Assembly: GCA_951406725.2 (NCBI GenBank)
Contig: OX597825.1
Span: 42,346,001-42,410,000, forward strand
Length of the DNA: 64,000 nt
Reading direction: 5' to 3'
Origin: Octopus vulgaris
Taxonomy: Eukaryota
Of the stretch, positions 13,170 through 26,299 are shown one piece after another. Position 1 is the stretch's first letter, and each line of letters starts with the position of its first letter. The notes under the pieces are model-generated. The model ran no database searches and had not been told where the DNA came from. It saw nothing but the letters and a program-made list of their open reading frames with translations. The position numbers were made by a program, and so were the translations under genes.

Positions 13170-13520
13170 AGCAAATATGCAGACTAAACCGGCAACCCCA
13201 CCAAGCTTGCTTGGTGAGGAGAGTGTTTATTGGACACCCTGCGGGATGAAAAACAAAACCCGTCAAAGGGCGGAGGAACACTTGAGAGTTAACGGCCATC
13301 CAATAAATGTGTAATTTTTTTCTTTTTTTTAAGCCTTAAGGCTGTATCATGCACAGGGACATAGAAATAATCGGACTGAATACCCAATCGCGCGGTTAAA
13401 CCATTGGAAGTGAAGGACTCCTAGCCTTTGCTAGGGCATCCTTCTAGGTGAAGGTAACTCAGGTAACTGGGATAACTCCCACAGAAAATCTGCGGCTCAG
13501 TGGTTACCGATGATGTTGAC
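13170..13520 (+). mobile_element. structured GC-rich element resembling an RTE 5' UTR
   Basis: gggcatccttctaggtgaaggtaactc resembles the RTE 5' UTR motif as I recall it; several hairpins. Confidence 0.45.
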
Positions 13521-13718
13521 TTGTTCTTCTTTTTGGATTATGGCTGCTGTTGCTTAGTGAGTGAGATTGACTCAGTGCACAGCCTTTCCGCACTTTAAAA
13601 ATAAAAATCTTCCTGCACAGGCATTGCACAATAACAACATTGTTCATGATTGTTGATGGTGCTGTGAGTCTCAACTGAATGGCTGGCTGTAGCCTTAAAA
13701 AGCAAATAAAAAACATTT

Positions 13719-13790
13719 ATATCTTCATATCTTCTACATATGTTTCGATGAATGCATTCATCGAAACATATGTAGAAGATATGAAGATAT
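13719..13790. repeat. perfect 72-bp palindrome carrying a hammerhead 3' half
   Basis: 36-bp arms with no loop, centre aatg|catt; each arm has cGAAAC-atat-GTA. Confidence 0.95.
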
Positions 13791-13929
13791 TTCCTCCTAA
13801 ATACGACTTACTTATCCTGGAATCAAACTACACATAAGCCTAATCATTCTTTCCTGGGACACTTAAGCAATATTTAGCTACTCTGTAATTATCTTTCTGG
13901 TTCTTTCCAATGTATGTATTTATGTATGT

Positions 13930-14139
13930 ATTTGTGTGTCTGTGTTTGTCCTCCCACCATTGCTTGACAACTGATGTTGTTGTGTTTATGTCCCCGTAAC
14001 TTAGCAGTTCAGCAAAACAGACCAATAGAATAAGCACTAAGCTTACAAAGAATAAGTCCTGGGGTCGATTTGCTCAACTAAAAGCGGTGCTTGATCATGG
14101 CCACAGTAAAATGACTGAAACAAGTAAAACAATAAAAGA

Positions 14140-14140
<1 letters not shown>
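13930..14140 (+). mobile_element. SINE 3' half
   Basis: same tail as 7860-8103. Confidence 0.8.
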
Positions 14141-14170
<30 letters not shown>

Positions 14171-14320
14171 CGTGTGTGTGTGTGTGTATAGATAGATATA
14201 GATAGACAGATAGACACATAGAGAGAGAAATAGCTATATATATATATGTACACATGCACACATACATATATGTACACATACATATATAAATATATACATA
14301 TGTTTATATATCCATATATA

Positions 14321-15650
14321 TCTCTATATATATAAAACTGAGAATGTGTGTCTGTCTGTCTGTCTGTATGTCTGTGTATTTCCCTAAAACTTGAGAACTA
14401 CACAACCAATTTCATTTTTTTTTACTTTTTGCCTAGGGTGAGCCCACAGCAATATCATATCTTCTCCACTCTGATTCCCTAAAACTTGAGAACTACACAA
14501 CCAATTTCTTTCAAATTTTACACATGCCTTACTTAGGGTCCATGTAGTGTCATGTAACTTCTTGCCTAGAGCGAGCCCACAGCAATATCATATCTTCTCC
14601 ACTATTTCAGTATTACGTGTTAAAAGTGAAACAAAAACATCTCTCTATTGTATGTATATGGATGTATGTATATATATATATTACAAAATATAAAGTTATA
14701 TCTCGAGATCGTTAGTGACAACAATGCTCAAAATATATAACAGACCGGAATAGTAGTGTTCAAATGAGCTGTATACACTTTTTAATCCGAGGGGAGGCAA
14801 TGCGAGCAGCAACTACAAGAGCACTACAAAATCCACAGGAAGATCAAACACATACATATATTCATATATTCATTTATGTCTACAGAAAAGACATAAAGCT
14901 CGACATTTAGAAATATATAGTAATGTATAAATATATAACTATCATATGAAAATATATTGTACGCATAAGATCCACTCAATGTTCCATAAGAAATTTAGAA
15001 ATAAAAATTGCAATAAAAGTTACAGGTAATAATAACAATTGAATTAAATATAGTAAGTAGTAATTAAATATATTTTATTTTATTAAAATGGTAATTAAAT
15101 CGTAATATAACAATTAAAAGAAAAAATAGCAATTAGTATAAAATATATCAAGGACTTGAACTCGAATATGTGGTTTTGCATGAATGGGAGAAATTAAAAG
15201 ATGAAAAATTTAATTGGGTGCAGAAGTGAATTAGTCCAGATGGAGCTGTGCGCATACCATTTACTATAGCTGCTAGATTGAATTATATGCTTATAAAGTA
15301 GCATTCAGTATCTATGAGAATTTTGGGGAGTACATAATGTCTGGTCTTTCACATGTAGCAGGTATGTAATTGTGCATTTGTTTCCATGTACTATGTGTTG
15401 TGTGTAAAAAACATCCTGACGAGGGGAGTGTCAATTTTAAATATATGATATGTTTCATATTAATTGGCGCATCTCCGAAACTTTTATGAAATTTTGGAAA
15501 TTTGTATATTTATCTACTATGTATTTTTTTCTGGAATTTTAATTCGTCTTTTTAATATGTCATTGTATGTTTTATTACCCCAAATTTTTAATTTAACAAA
15601 TTTATACCAAACTAGCACTATGACCCGGCAATGCCGGGTCATAATGCTAG
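14321..15650 (+). mobile_element. non-autonomous Helitron
   Basis: 5' TCtctatatatataaaactgag shared with the 55459 Helitron; 3' hairpin atgacccggca/tgccgggtcat, then CTAG|T. Confidence 0.85.
15416..15481 (+). ncRNA. truncated hammerhead motif inside the Helitron
   Basis: CTGACGA, long imperfect stem II, GAAAC; stems I and III incomplete. Confidence 0.45.
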
Positions 15651-16324
15651 TATACATATATATGCATGTGTGTATATGTATGTAAACATAGACACATACA
15701 TACATACATATATGCATGTATGTATGTATACATATACACATGCATACATATATGCATGTATGTATGTATACATATACACACACATACATACATATATGCA
15801 TATATATACTGTCCACCAAACCCATCTTAATGCCCCTTCATCTCACATTTCTTCACTGTCCCTCTGTAACTCTCATCGCTTCATCACTCACAGCAAACAG
15901 TTTCAGGCTTCTATTACCCCTCGCTCGCTCTCTCTCTCTGTGCATGTGCGTGTGTGTGTGTATACACACACAAACAAACATATATGCCTGTACATGTGTA
16001 TGTACATGCGTGTGTGTTTATATATTCTACCTGAATAAATTCTATCCAATCCATGTATGCATGGAAAAGTGGACTTCAAAAATATGAATGAGAAATGATG
16101 ATGATACACACATACATACACACACATATACACACACACACACAAATGCATATTACAACTTCTTAAGCCCTGCCACTGTGTTAGGATGGTGCATTGTGCC
16201 ATGGGTAGATGAGTTTGTTGTGGTCAGTCCATACAGTCAGCTTCTACCACTTTGTCACATATCTTCCTTGGTCAGGCAGGAAAAGCAGGTAGATCTGTAG
16301 ATAAATACCATGCCTATTCTTTGT

Positions 16325-16747
16325 TTTCTTTTATTCTTTTACTTCTTTCAGTCATTTGACAGCGACCATGCTAGAGCACCACCTTTCATTGAAGAAATCA
16401 AACCAAAGACTTATTCTTTGTAAGCCTAGTACTTATTTTATTGGTCTCTTTTTGCCAAACATCTAAATCACAGGGACGTAAACACACCAGCATTAGTTAA
16501 GCAATTGTGTGTGTGTTGGGGGGGGGGGACAAACACAGTTACAAACACAAATATATACATATGTGTGTGTGTCTGTGTGTATACGATGGGCTTCTTTCAG
16601 TTTCCATCTACCAAGTCCACCCACAATGCTTTAGTTGGTCCAAGGCTATACTAGAAGACATTTGCCCAAGGTGCCATGCAATGGGACTGAACCCAGAGCC
16701 ATATCATTGGGAAGCAAGCTTCTAACCACTCAGCCATTCCTGCGCCT
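16325..16747 (-). mobile_element. full-length tRNA-derived SINE
   Basis: A/B-box-like head (tggctgagtggttag, ggttcagtccc), internal microsatellite and A-rich tail on the minus strand. Confidence 0.85.
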
Positions 16748-18419
16748 ATGTTTTATATATAAATACACACACACACATGTATGTGTATATATATATGTGG
16801 ATATATATATATATGTGTGTGTGTGTATATATATATATATGTGTGTGTGTATATATATATATATATGTATATATATATACGCACGTATATATAATATATA
16901 TATATGCATGTATTAGGTATATATACATACTTCTTATCTTTTAATAAACATCACTGATTTATATCTATTATAAGCATTTAAACAGTTGATGTAAAGAAAT
17001 TTATGCACACACACACACACATACATTTGGTGTCTGAGTGGCTGTTCAAAGTCTTCATTGGACAGATGAATGTACATAGTAGTAGTAGTAGTAGTTGTAG
17101 TTGCATATATGCAACATCAACCATTTTCTTCGTTGTTGTTGTTGTTGTTTAAGTTATTTGTTGCTAAGCTTCATTCTCTGTTTATCTCTGTTGGAAGACA
17201 ATGTGCAGCTTGTGCTGCACAAGTAGTTAGTTGTCAGCCAGTAAGGGAAATGAGAATGTCAAGCTTGTATCACTTTTATTCATTGCTCACCACCACCTCC
17301 ACCCCAATCTACCACAATCACAACTACTACCATTACTACCCACCCATAAAATCAATACCACCAACATTAACACCACTAGCACCATCACCTCCTACTGGCA
17401 AGCTTACATGGAAGCTTCTCGTCGCCACTCAACCTGCCAAAAATACCCACCAACCCTCTTTCAGACTACAGTCTACCACCTTAAAAAAGGACAACAAAAT
17501 AATGTAATTCAGAGTTCACTTTGAAAACTAAAGACTCTAATCCTGGATACTTGTCAACCTCGGATACCTTTCATCATAACTCTGTTTCATCTGGGAAGAC
17601 CTAGGGTTAAATAAACAGCAAATTAATATTGACTTTTCTTCTTTTTGATTCCTTCTTTGGTAGTGCGCTCTTAGTGTATATATACCCTATCCTTCTAGAA
17701 TTCCTAAGTCTCCAAAATGTATGTTAAAGAATTCTGCAGTCTTATTCATTTAAATATACACTAAGTAAGTTTTTGTTTCTATTTGAAATATCAGAAAAGG
17801 AAAAGGTATTTTCATTTCCTCTTTGTATTTATTCTTGGCCCTTCAAGTGCCTCCCACTCTCTATCTATATTTCTCCTTTTATTTAATTATCTTTCTTCTT
17901 ACATCACTTTAAAAAACATATTCTTGTTTTTTCTTCTTTTCATCCTTTTGCTGATGATAAACCCTTTTTCTCTTCTCTGGGTCACTACAATACAGAATAC
18001 CATACTATACAGGTTGATGACCATCGTTAAGAACAACATAACACAAGTCAATGTAGGTTCTCTATGTCTCAATGTAGGTTCTCAATGTAGGTTCTCTAGT
18101 CTGCTAGCTATAGCAACTAAATCTCTGCCAGATTACATTGGATGATATGGATGTGGGTGCACTGAGAAAAAATAGTCAAGACCAGTGTGTCTTTAATTAA
18201 AGGTCTGTTCAATCAAGTTTGATCTAAGATTAAACAGTAATAACACTATAACAGGATATCTATTAAGACTCATCTATCTCTAAAATTATCATCCCTAATT
18301 GCTTCAATGAAAATAACCCTTCTTGACACAATTTAGACATAACAAATATATCTTGTTTTAATTACTGTGTGGTTACCATTTCTTTTTTTATTTTTTTGTG
18401 CTACATATATTAATACGGA

Positions 18420-18975
18420 TTTATTTTACTTGCAACCAGTGTGAATGTTGAGGGGACAATACAAAGATAGACATAAAGAGTGGAAATTTACATATGAAGA
18501 TAAAGTATACATGGTTTACAATGAAACAAAGAAGGGAAGTATACATAGTTTGAAATAATAAATGGAAAGAAGGGAAAAAAATAAAGGATGATGGAGATGT
18601 GGTCGTTCTGATTTAGGAAGGCCTCTAGGAATAATCAAGGAAATCCTCCATCTACGATCTCCTTGAACATCAATTGCAAGTACCCTCTCCAATTCTTTTT
18701 CTCTGAATCACAGGTCTACACTTAAAGTGGTACCCACCATTCGTCATTTTTGCGACTTACACCCTCCTTTCAATAAATTAACTCAAGAACAGCACCTTCC
18801 TCTCCACCCTCACTTTCCTCCTCAAGTGAAACTTGAAAAAAGTCGATGTGGGCTCTACCAAGGAAGATTGTCTATGTCCTCATGCCTTTCAACCTTGTCC
18901 ACCAAACAACCTCTTTTATCAACATAACTCTACAAAACAGCAATGCCCAGACCATTCAAAAAGGTTTTGTCACTC
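18420..18975 (-). mobile_element. L1/Tx1-like LINE 3' end remnant
   Basis: KEVVWWTRLKG...FFKFHLRRKVRVERK C-terminal pattern, then UTR. Confidence 0.55.
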
Positions 18976-18980
18976 TGCTG

Positions 18981-19025
<45 letters not shown>

Positions 19026-20612
19026 TCAACTTGCGTGTCTGTGTGTGTATCTGTGTGTGTGTCTGTGTGTTTAACTTCCCGGCACATCTCCTCCCAGCCA
19101 ACAAATCGTAGAACCACCAAAAGTGGGTCACTTAAAGTTTAGGCAAATGAAAATTGAACTGTGCTATTTCTGTTCCAAAATTCATCTTGCAAGTGCAAAA
19201 ATCGATAATGTGTTTGTTTAGGCCTTATCCCATGCATTGAATAGTGAACTTTACTCAGTCAGCTGTTTGATGTGAACTGTGTTCACCACGCATGCAAGCA
19301 TGTGTAAATTGCATGAAAAATAAAAAATCAAGATATAAAAACGAATCACTGTAAACATTATAGAAATTCGGCAAAGAAATGAATTTTCTGGATGTAGCCT
19401 GGAGGGTTTTTTCGTATTAATCGTTTGGACTTTGTGAACACATACCAATTGTTTTCATAACATTTTTAATGCTTTGAAATAAATGTGACCATTTTGCATT
19501 GAGTCTGCAGCTTGAATCACTTTAACCAAATTTTAGCAGGCTGGATTTTTGATCATCACAAGACATCACCAGCAACTCCCTGAAACTCTCCCCTGAAATC
19601 CCCATTGAGAATTCTATATATATAAAACTCAACTTGTGTGTCTGTGTTTGTATCTGTGTGTTTAACTTTTGGATCTACCAAGTTTCATTATAAAGGATGG
19701 AAAGTAGTGTGTAGCAAATCTATATATATAAAGCTGAAGTTGTCTGTGTGTAGAAGGTTTGGTAGCCTTCAACTAACACTATCTCCTTCGAGACCCTGCT
19801 GCGCAAGTTGACCAAAATTGAGAGTATGTAGAAGATAAAATTCAAATCAGACCATGTTAACACCAGAAATTATTTACATCAAAAAGGTGCTTTTTTTCTA
19901 TGAAAATCCCTATTTTTTACTATTTTTGACTGCTATGTCACCATTTTTCGGTGTATTTCAACTGGAAAAATGTTCACTTGAAGAGAATAACAAGTTGCAT
20001 AATGCAAAATTTTTACTTTTCAAAAATTTCAATTCTAAAGGGTCGAAACAAACTCAAACAACTCCGGGTGATACTGCTAGTATATCTATATATATAAAAC
20101 TCAACTTGTGTGTCTCTGTGTGTATCTGCGTGTGTGTCTGTGTGTTTAACTTCCCGGCACATCTCCTCCTAGCCAACAAATCTACGATTTGTTGGCTAGG
20201 AGGAGAACCACCAAAAATGGGTCACTTAAAGTTTAGGCGAATGAAAATTGAACTGCTCTATTTCTGTTCCGAAATTCATCTCGCAAGTGCAAAAATCGAT
20301 AATGTGTTTGTTTAGGCCTTATCCCATGCATTGAATAGTGAACTTTACTCAGTCAGCTGTTTGACGTGAACTGTGTTCACCATGCGTGTAAGCATGTGTA
20401 AATTGCATGAAAAATTAAAAATCAAGATATAAAAACGAATCGCTGTAAACATTGTAGAAATTCGGCAAAGAAACAAACTTTCTGGATGTAGCCTGGGGTT
20501 TTTTTTCATATTAATCGTTTGGACTTTGTGAACACATACCAATTGTTTTCATAACATTTTTGATGCTTTGAATTAAATGTGACCATTTTGCAAAGCCGGG
20601 CAATACTGCTAA
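18981..20612 (+). mobile_element. head-to-tail cluster of non-autonomous Helitrons
   Basis: ctatatatataaa heads near 18981, 19613, 19719 and 20085; 3' ends ccgggtgatactgCTAG (20080) and gccgggcaatactgctaa (20612); 19020-19500 closely matches 20095-20590. Confidence 0.8.
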
Positions 20613-20626
20613 TATACATATATATA

Positions 20627-20973
20627 CAGGGTGCAATGGATAAATTGTTACCATTCTATATTTTTAATTTCCTGCTTGACCATTGTTCATTTTTTATTTG
20701 TCAACTACACAGTATAAGGGTCAGTTGGGCACCATCTGCGAGAAAAACAGCAACATGATGCAATTCACTGTGCCAGAAATTTAAAAAACGATATACTGTA
20801 CTGCTTGGCCTTCACACTGGAAGCTCCAATATGAACATTTCCGAATGTCTGGGTGCCAGTCTGTGGACATGTACTGAGAGTGATAAAAATGAAACATCCA
20901 GTCAGCATCACGATGTTTGGAGTGATCACCAGTGATGGCAACATTCTGCCTCCATTCATCTTCCCATATGGCC
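20627..20973 (+). mobile_element. maT/DD37D-like transposon 5' fragment
   Basis: TA-cagggtg terminus; LLGLHTGSSNMNISECLG and KHPVSITMFGVITSDGNILPPFIFP. Confidence 0.7.
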
Positions 20974-21290
20974 ATCCCTGATAAAGCAGTTTTCTGATCG
21001 TGTTCCACACTCATGTCAATCCTAATTTCTCCAGCAAATTTCTCAAATTTGGTTGCTAATGATAATAGTACCCCTACAGTGCCCCTACAACTACTAGGAT
21101 AATAGTTACTTTCTTAATTGCCGACATTCATACAATCTCGTCTTTTAGTCTCTTGCAATTTTCAATCTTTTCCAGTTCTTTGTCTTCCACTCATACATCC
21201 CCAGGTATGGCAATATCTATGATCTTGGTTTCCTTCATCATTTTGTCAACTACAACAATGTCGCCAAGCATCAATCAATATGGTATCGAA
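20974..21290 (-). mobile_element. R4/Dong-like endonuclease fragment (different family)
   Basis: DIVVVDK...IIDIAIPGD...KELEKIE...VVVGAL...QKTAL. Confidence 0.7.
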
Positions 21291-22667
21291 TGCATGGTTA
21301 CTTTTAATGATGAACAGGTTCTATAAGGCAACGTTTTAATATGTTTATTAAAACCCGTAGTCAAAATGATTTCTTCTCAGTGAGGTTCAAAGTCAATTTT
21401 CATAGCAGAAAATATAACTAGTTGGATACATTACATATTTCATGACTGCACCATGGCTAAATGCTCAAAAAGTTTTCTTCACAAATATGAAGTCTGGGTT
21501 TTATTTGCCTTGAGTATATTCAAGTTTTGTGAGTGAAATTAGATAGAGAGAAACAAATGGTAGCCATCAGATAGACTGTACCTACAAAGTACCAGGTTTT
21601 CCACATTATGTCAAGCTGATCCCACCAGAGAATTATATTAAGGATACACATGTCTGTGGAATTTCCAACAACATGTATACTAATATAGTGATCAGGTAAT
21701 TGAGTTGATTGAGCTACTACATACTCATCATTGAAATTGATTAAGATTCATTAACTATTTTATCAGCCCTAAAAGAATAAAGGAGTATTTGACATGAAAA
21801 GCTAAGATTAAACTAAACACTATGAATTAATTTGTTTAGAGATTTGGAACATCTATCAACTCTCATGATCCTGAATTGACCACCAGAATACTAATATAAA
21901 TTATAATCATAAAAATAATTACCATATTTGAGAGAGAGGAGCAGCTGGTGTTTATATTGTCTAAAGTGAAGATCAGACTTCAATATTCCATATTAAAATT
22001 TCTAAAGATGTCATAAATTTCAAAAACTGAGGTGGTTCAATTCAGAATGTGGCACCATTTATTGGTTGATGACATCAGAAATAGCAATACTTGTCAGAAT
22101 ATTTAATAAAGTGAGGATAAACCAAAGTCACTAATGTTGCTGTCTAGCCTTATGTCAATCCCGATCAAACAGGCTAATAATCTATGAACATTGTTTGGTG
22201 AAGTGGTTTTTACTTATTTAAGAAATTATAGTGTGATTTGAAAGACATTTGGCTACTTTTTCTAGCAAGTTAAACAACCTCACAGAAACCCACTCACTGG
22301 CTTAAGATGCATTAGTATCTACTATACAGTATTAATTAGAAAGAGAAACACTTTAGATTTACTTAAACAAGGAAAACTTTAAGCAGTTTTGTTATTGTTT
22401 TGCTTGTGTGATACTATAAGAGTGATAAGAAACCATAGAAAATAAAGAAAAATATTGCTCAGACATGGTGTCTGAATCATCTACAAATTAATGGATGACA
22501 CACTATTGTTCAATAATCCTCTGTATAATTCCCATGTTTTTCTCTACTTCAGAATACTGAATGCAAATTTACCCATGGGAACACTGCTGTGCTGATACTT
22601 CTACTGCTTACTGCTACTGCCACTGCTGGTGATGATGAGGAAGAGGCAACAACAACAACAACGGTGG

Positions 22668-22750
22668 AGAAGAAGAAGAAGAAGAAGAAGAAGAAGAAGA
22701 AGAAGAAGAAGAAGAAGAAGAAGAAGAAGAAGAAGAAGAAGAAGAAGAAG

Positions 22751-22780
<30 letters not shown>
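22668..22780. repeat. pure (GAA)n microsatellite, about 37 units
   Basis: read directly. Confidence 0.97.
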
Positions 22781-22781
<1 letters not shown>

Positions 22782-24147
22782 GGCTTTTTCTCTTTATTAT
22801 CTAAATGTGTATATGCTTGTGACTGCCAGTAAAAGGATGAGGCAGAGAACATTTGAAGGTGAGATGAAGGAAACAAGTTTCCAACAGTTTCAAGCATTTA
22901 CATTTTAGTTTTTGCTAGGGACTGATTCAAACCTCATTTCTCTTATGGTTGCAGATGCAGCACCTTTACAGGGTGCCAAATAATGGCAATAAGACATCAC
23001 ATAGTTTGTTGGAAATTGTTGTAAGGTTAGAGTTTCAAAAATGACTGAAGCTGATTGACTAAAATACCTTATACAAAGAAATGAAACATCAGCAAAGATA
23101 TTATTATATCATTATAATGAAAAGGAAATGAGGACGTAAAATTATTGCATGCTATTCAGTTATTAATAATTTTATAGCCTGGCTGAAGATATTTTATTTC
23201 CTAATTTCATGAAAGAATATTCACATCAATTTTGTTAGTTTGTCACTCATTTCTTTTCACCCCCACAACAGTTTTCTATTCCTATATTACCTTTATTTTC
23301 ATGAATTGTTGTAATTTTATGCTATATCTATTTTTTTTAATATTAATCCTGTGGTGAACAGTCAGCTTTACACATCCATTAATATCCATGTAGTTTCACT
23401 ATTCCAGATTGTGGCTAACATATTGAGGTGGTAATGGCTGCAGTGGAGTTTGCAATGATGAAGTGGAACACACACATTCATAACTCTTTAGTTAGAATGG
23501 AAATGAAGTTTTGACATTCATGCAATTTAGCTTGGTGGATTTACTTGACCTTTCATCAGAAGTTCTAGAAATGATGGTGATGATTATGATGATAACAGCG
23601 ATTTATTTTTATACCTTATAATACATTGCCATTTATTTTGATAGTTGAAGAATATTTTGAATATTAATATTTTCTCACTATTTCTGAATTGTTTTTCTCC
23701 TTTATTTTCTGAATGTGTGTAATGTACTCATTTATGCTTGTGTCTGTCAGTAAAAATGTAGGATTTCCATATAAAATATGTCTTTTTTTAAGTTAGATTA
23801 ATTTTGTTTTGTTTATGGTGGCAGGGAGGAAAACCAATAGAGGATATTACTTTAGCAAATTCTGAAAGACAGTTTTTATTGAAATGGTTGAGATTCACAA
23901 GATGGCAGTTGGTTATAGCAAGGAATAAACTCAGAAATGTGATGTTATTTAAAATTACTCAAATAAAAGTAGTACAATGAAATACTACTACAATGATAAT
24001 AACAAAGCAATTTTTTTTCATTTTGCTTTCTTCCATTTTTAGTACATTACATTTCGAGTTTATATTGTAGTATGTCTGTTAAATAAGATGTTATGCATAT
24101 CTATTTCTTTGTTATTCATTTTCATTCTAATTCTTGCTGTTCACCTA

Positions 24148-24209
24148 TATCAGAGAAAAAATTATAATCATCAGAGAAAAAATTATAATCATCAGAGAAA
24201 AAATTATAA
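24148..24209. repeat. 21-bp tandem repeat x3
   Basis: atcagagaaaaaattataatc repeated. Confidence 0.9.
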
Positions 24210-24290
24210 GTAGTAAAAATTATCTTCAGTAAAAACATATGAATATATCTAAATATACAAATGTGTGTCTGTGTGATTGTGTGTGTGTTG

Positions 24291-24590
24291 TGGTGAAGGT
24301 GCCCGGCTTAGTGGTTAGGGTATTTGGCTCATAATTGTAAGGTTATGAATTCGATTCCTGGTGGCATATTGTGTTCTTGAGCAAGACACTTTATTTAATA
24401 ATGATCTAATCCATCAACTAAAAAATGATTTGTACTCGTAATTCAAAGGTTCATCTTTGTTACATTCTGTGTCATACTGACTTTCCTTGAGAACTACGTT
24501 GAGGGAATGCATATCTGGATAATGCTCAATCGCTCAAACGTTAATTTCATGAGCAGGCTGTTCCATGGATTGCCACAACCAACAGAGGGG
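24291..24590 (+). mobile_element. second tRNA-derived SINE family
   Basis: ggcttagtggttaggg...aattcgattcc...gtgttcttgagcaagacactt; related pieces near 21450-21750 and 48355-48470. Confidence 0.7.
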
Positions 24591-24866
24591 CAGTGTGTGT
24601 GTGTATTTATATCAACAAAAACACATGCATACACGCACACACATAAAGGGGGTTGCATTAGCACTCAGGTGATACCTTATTGTCCCTGGAATGATGAAAG
24701 ATGAAAGTCACTCCTGCAGAATTTGAGCCCAGGATACAAACAGCCAGAACAGGTATAGTAATACATGCTATCTGAAATGCTAATAATACAGACAATCATC
24801 TGCCTATATATATACACACAAATACAACACACATACGTACATACATAAATACATACGTACATACAT

Positions 24867-25195
24867 AGAAACCCTGGCCACTCCTAATAAAAAGGAGTAC
24901 TGCTGGAATGTCTCAGTACCTCAATAAAATGTGGAAATTAGCTGCCCAGCAGATGTTAACATAAAACTAAAGATGAGTGAAAAAGAGAACACCTATGCTG
25001 AACTACTGAGAAATCTGCAGTTACTCTATCCAGATTACAAGTTCAGGTTTATACCTGCAATTATTGGGGGCATTGGGATATATAACACATTGCCTAAATA
25101 CCAATCGTGAGAAATTAGGTGTCTCAAAGCCAGAAAGGAGAAAGCTATATCAAAGATTACAAATCCAATCCATCACAGGAACTGTAAAAATCTAC
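24867..25195 (+). mobile_element. R4/Dong fragment, same family as 4028-5933
   Basis: SCPADVNIKLKMSEKENTYAELLRNLQLLYPDYKFRFIP; starts directly after (TACA)n. Confidence 0.85.
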
Positions 25196-25599
25196 ATTTT
25201 TTTCTAGGTGTATGTATATATTAGTGTGAATTTGTGTATACGTGTATGTGGGTGCAGGCTTATATGTGTATATGCATACTTGTATGTATATTTGTTGGTA
25301 TGTGTATGTGTATACATATGCATGTATATATTTACTTATATGTATACATGAGTGTAATAACATGTGTGTGTGTCAAACATTGCACAGATGTCTGTATCTT
25401 GTTTTAATTACAAATATATGCACATATTTATCTATGCCATGTACGTATACTTATGTATATATATGTGTGTCTGCCTGCGTATATGAGTTCCTAAGCATAT
25501 ATACGTATGTATGCATCCATATATGTGCATATGCACATGTATCTAGTTATATGTATATACCCATATACTTGGATGTGCATGTATGAGTGCATATGTATA

Positions 25600-25646
<47 letters not shown>

Positions 25647-25669
25647 CTGTGTATGAATATGTGTGTGTA

Positions 25670-25995
25670 ATCACAGGAACAAAAAAATTTTCTTCTAAGT
25701 ACAACCTTCCTTTAAACTTCTACATCCTTTGCTTTCTCTTAACAGGGAAGGCTCATTACATCATTTTCTCTAAACTAGAATGCATAATTTTCACGTTAAT
25801 ATTTGAATTTTTTGCATTTCAATTTTTCTCTGTTTTTACTTATTCTCAATGATGATTGACATATAGCGGGAACGTAAAACTGAATCAGAAAATCACTCAT
25901 AAAACTTATTATTGATGTACCCGAAATGGGTTGAAACATGTGTCGTACCCAATAAAATCTTTTCTCCTCCCTTCCATCTATTTTATTAATACTGT

Positions 25996-25997
<2 letters not shown>
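25670..25997 (+). mobile_element. Penelope-like 3' end with degenerate hammerhead
   Basis: KYNLPLN-like ORF end; ttgatgt-accc-gaaat-gggt-tGAAAC-atgt-GTC at about 25912-25944. Confidence 0.45.
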
Positions 25998-26043
<46 letters not shown>

Positions 26044-26299
26044 TTATATATAAATATATATATACATATATACACATATATATATATACATACATATATA
26101 TATATACATATATATATATATACATATAAATACATATATATACATACATATATATATATATGTATATACATATATATGTATATATATATATATGTATATG
26201 TATAATATAATTCGAGACAAAACCACTATTTTGCAAAACAAACAAACAAGGAAAGACCTAATCAATACATAAAAATTTTTAATATAAAGAAATAAACCG

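Noticed and set aside
22589-22897. Poly-Lys, poly-Arg and poly-Leu ORFs, one with a signal-peptide-like start
   Set aside because: Product of the (GAA)n tract and a non-ATG start.
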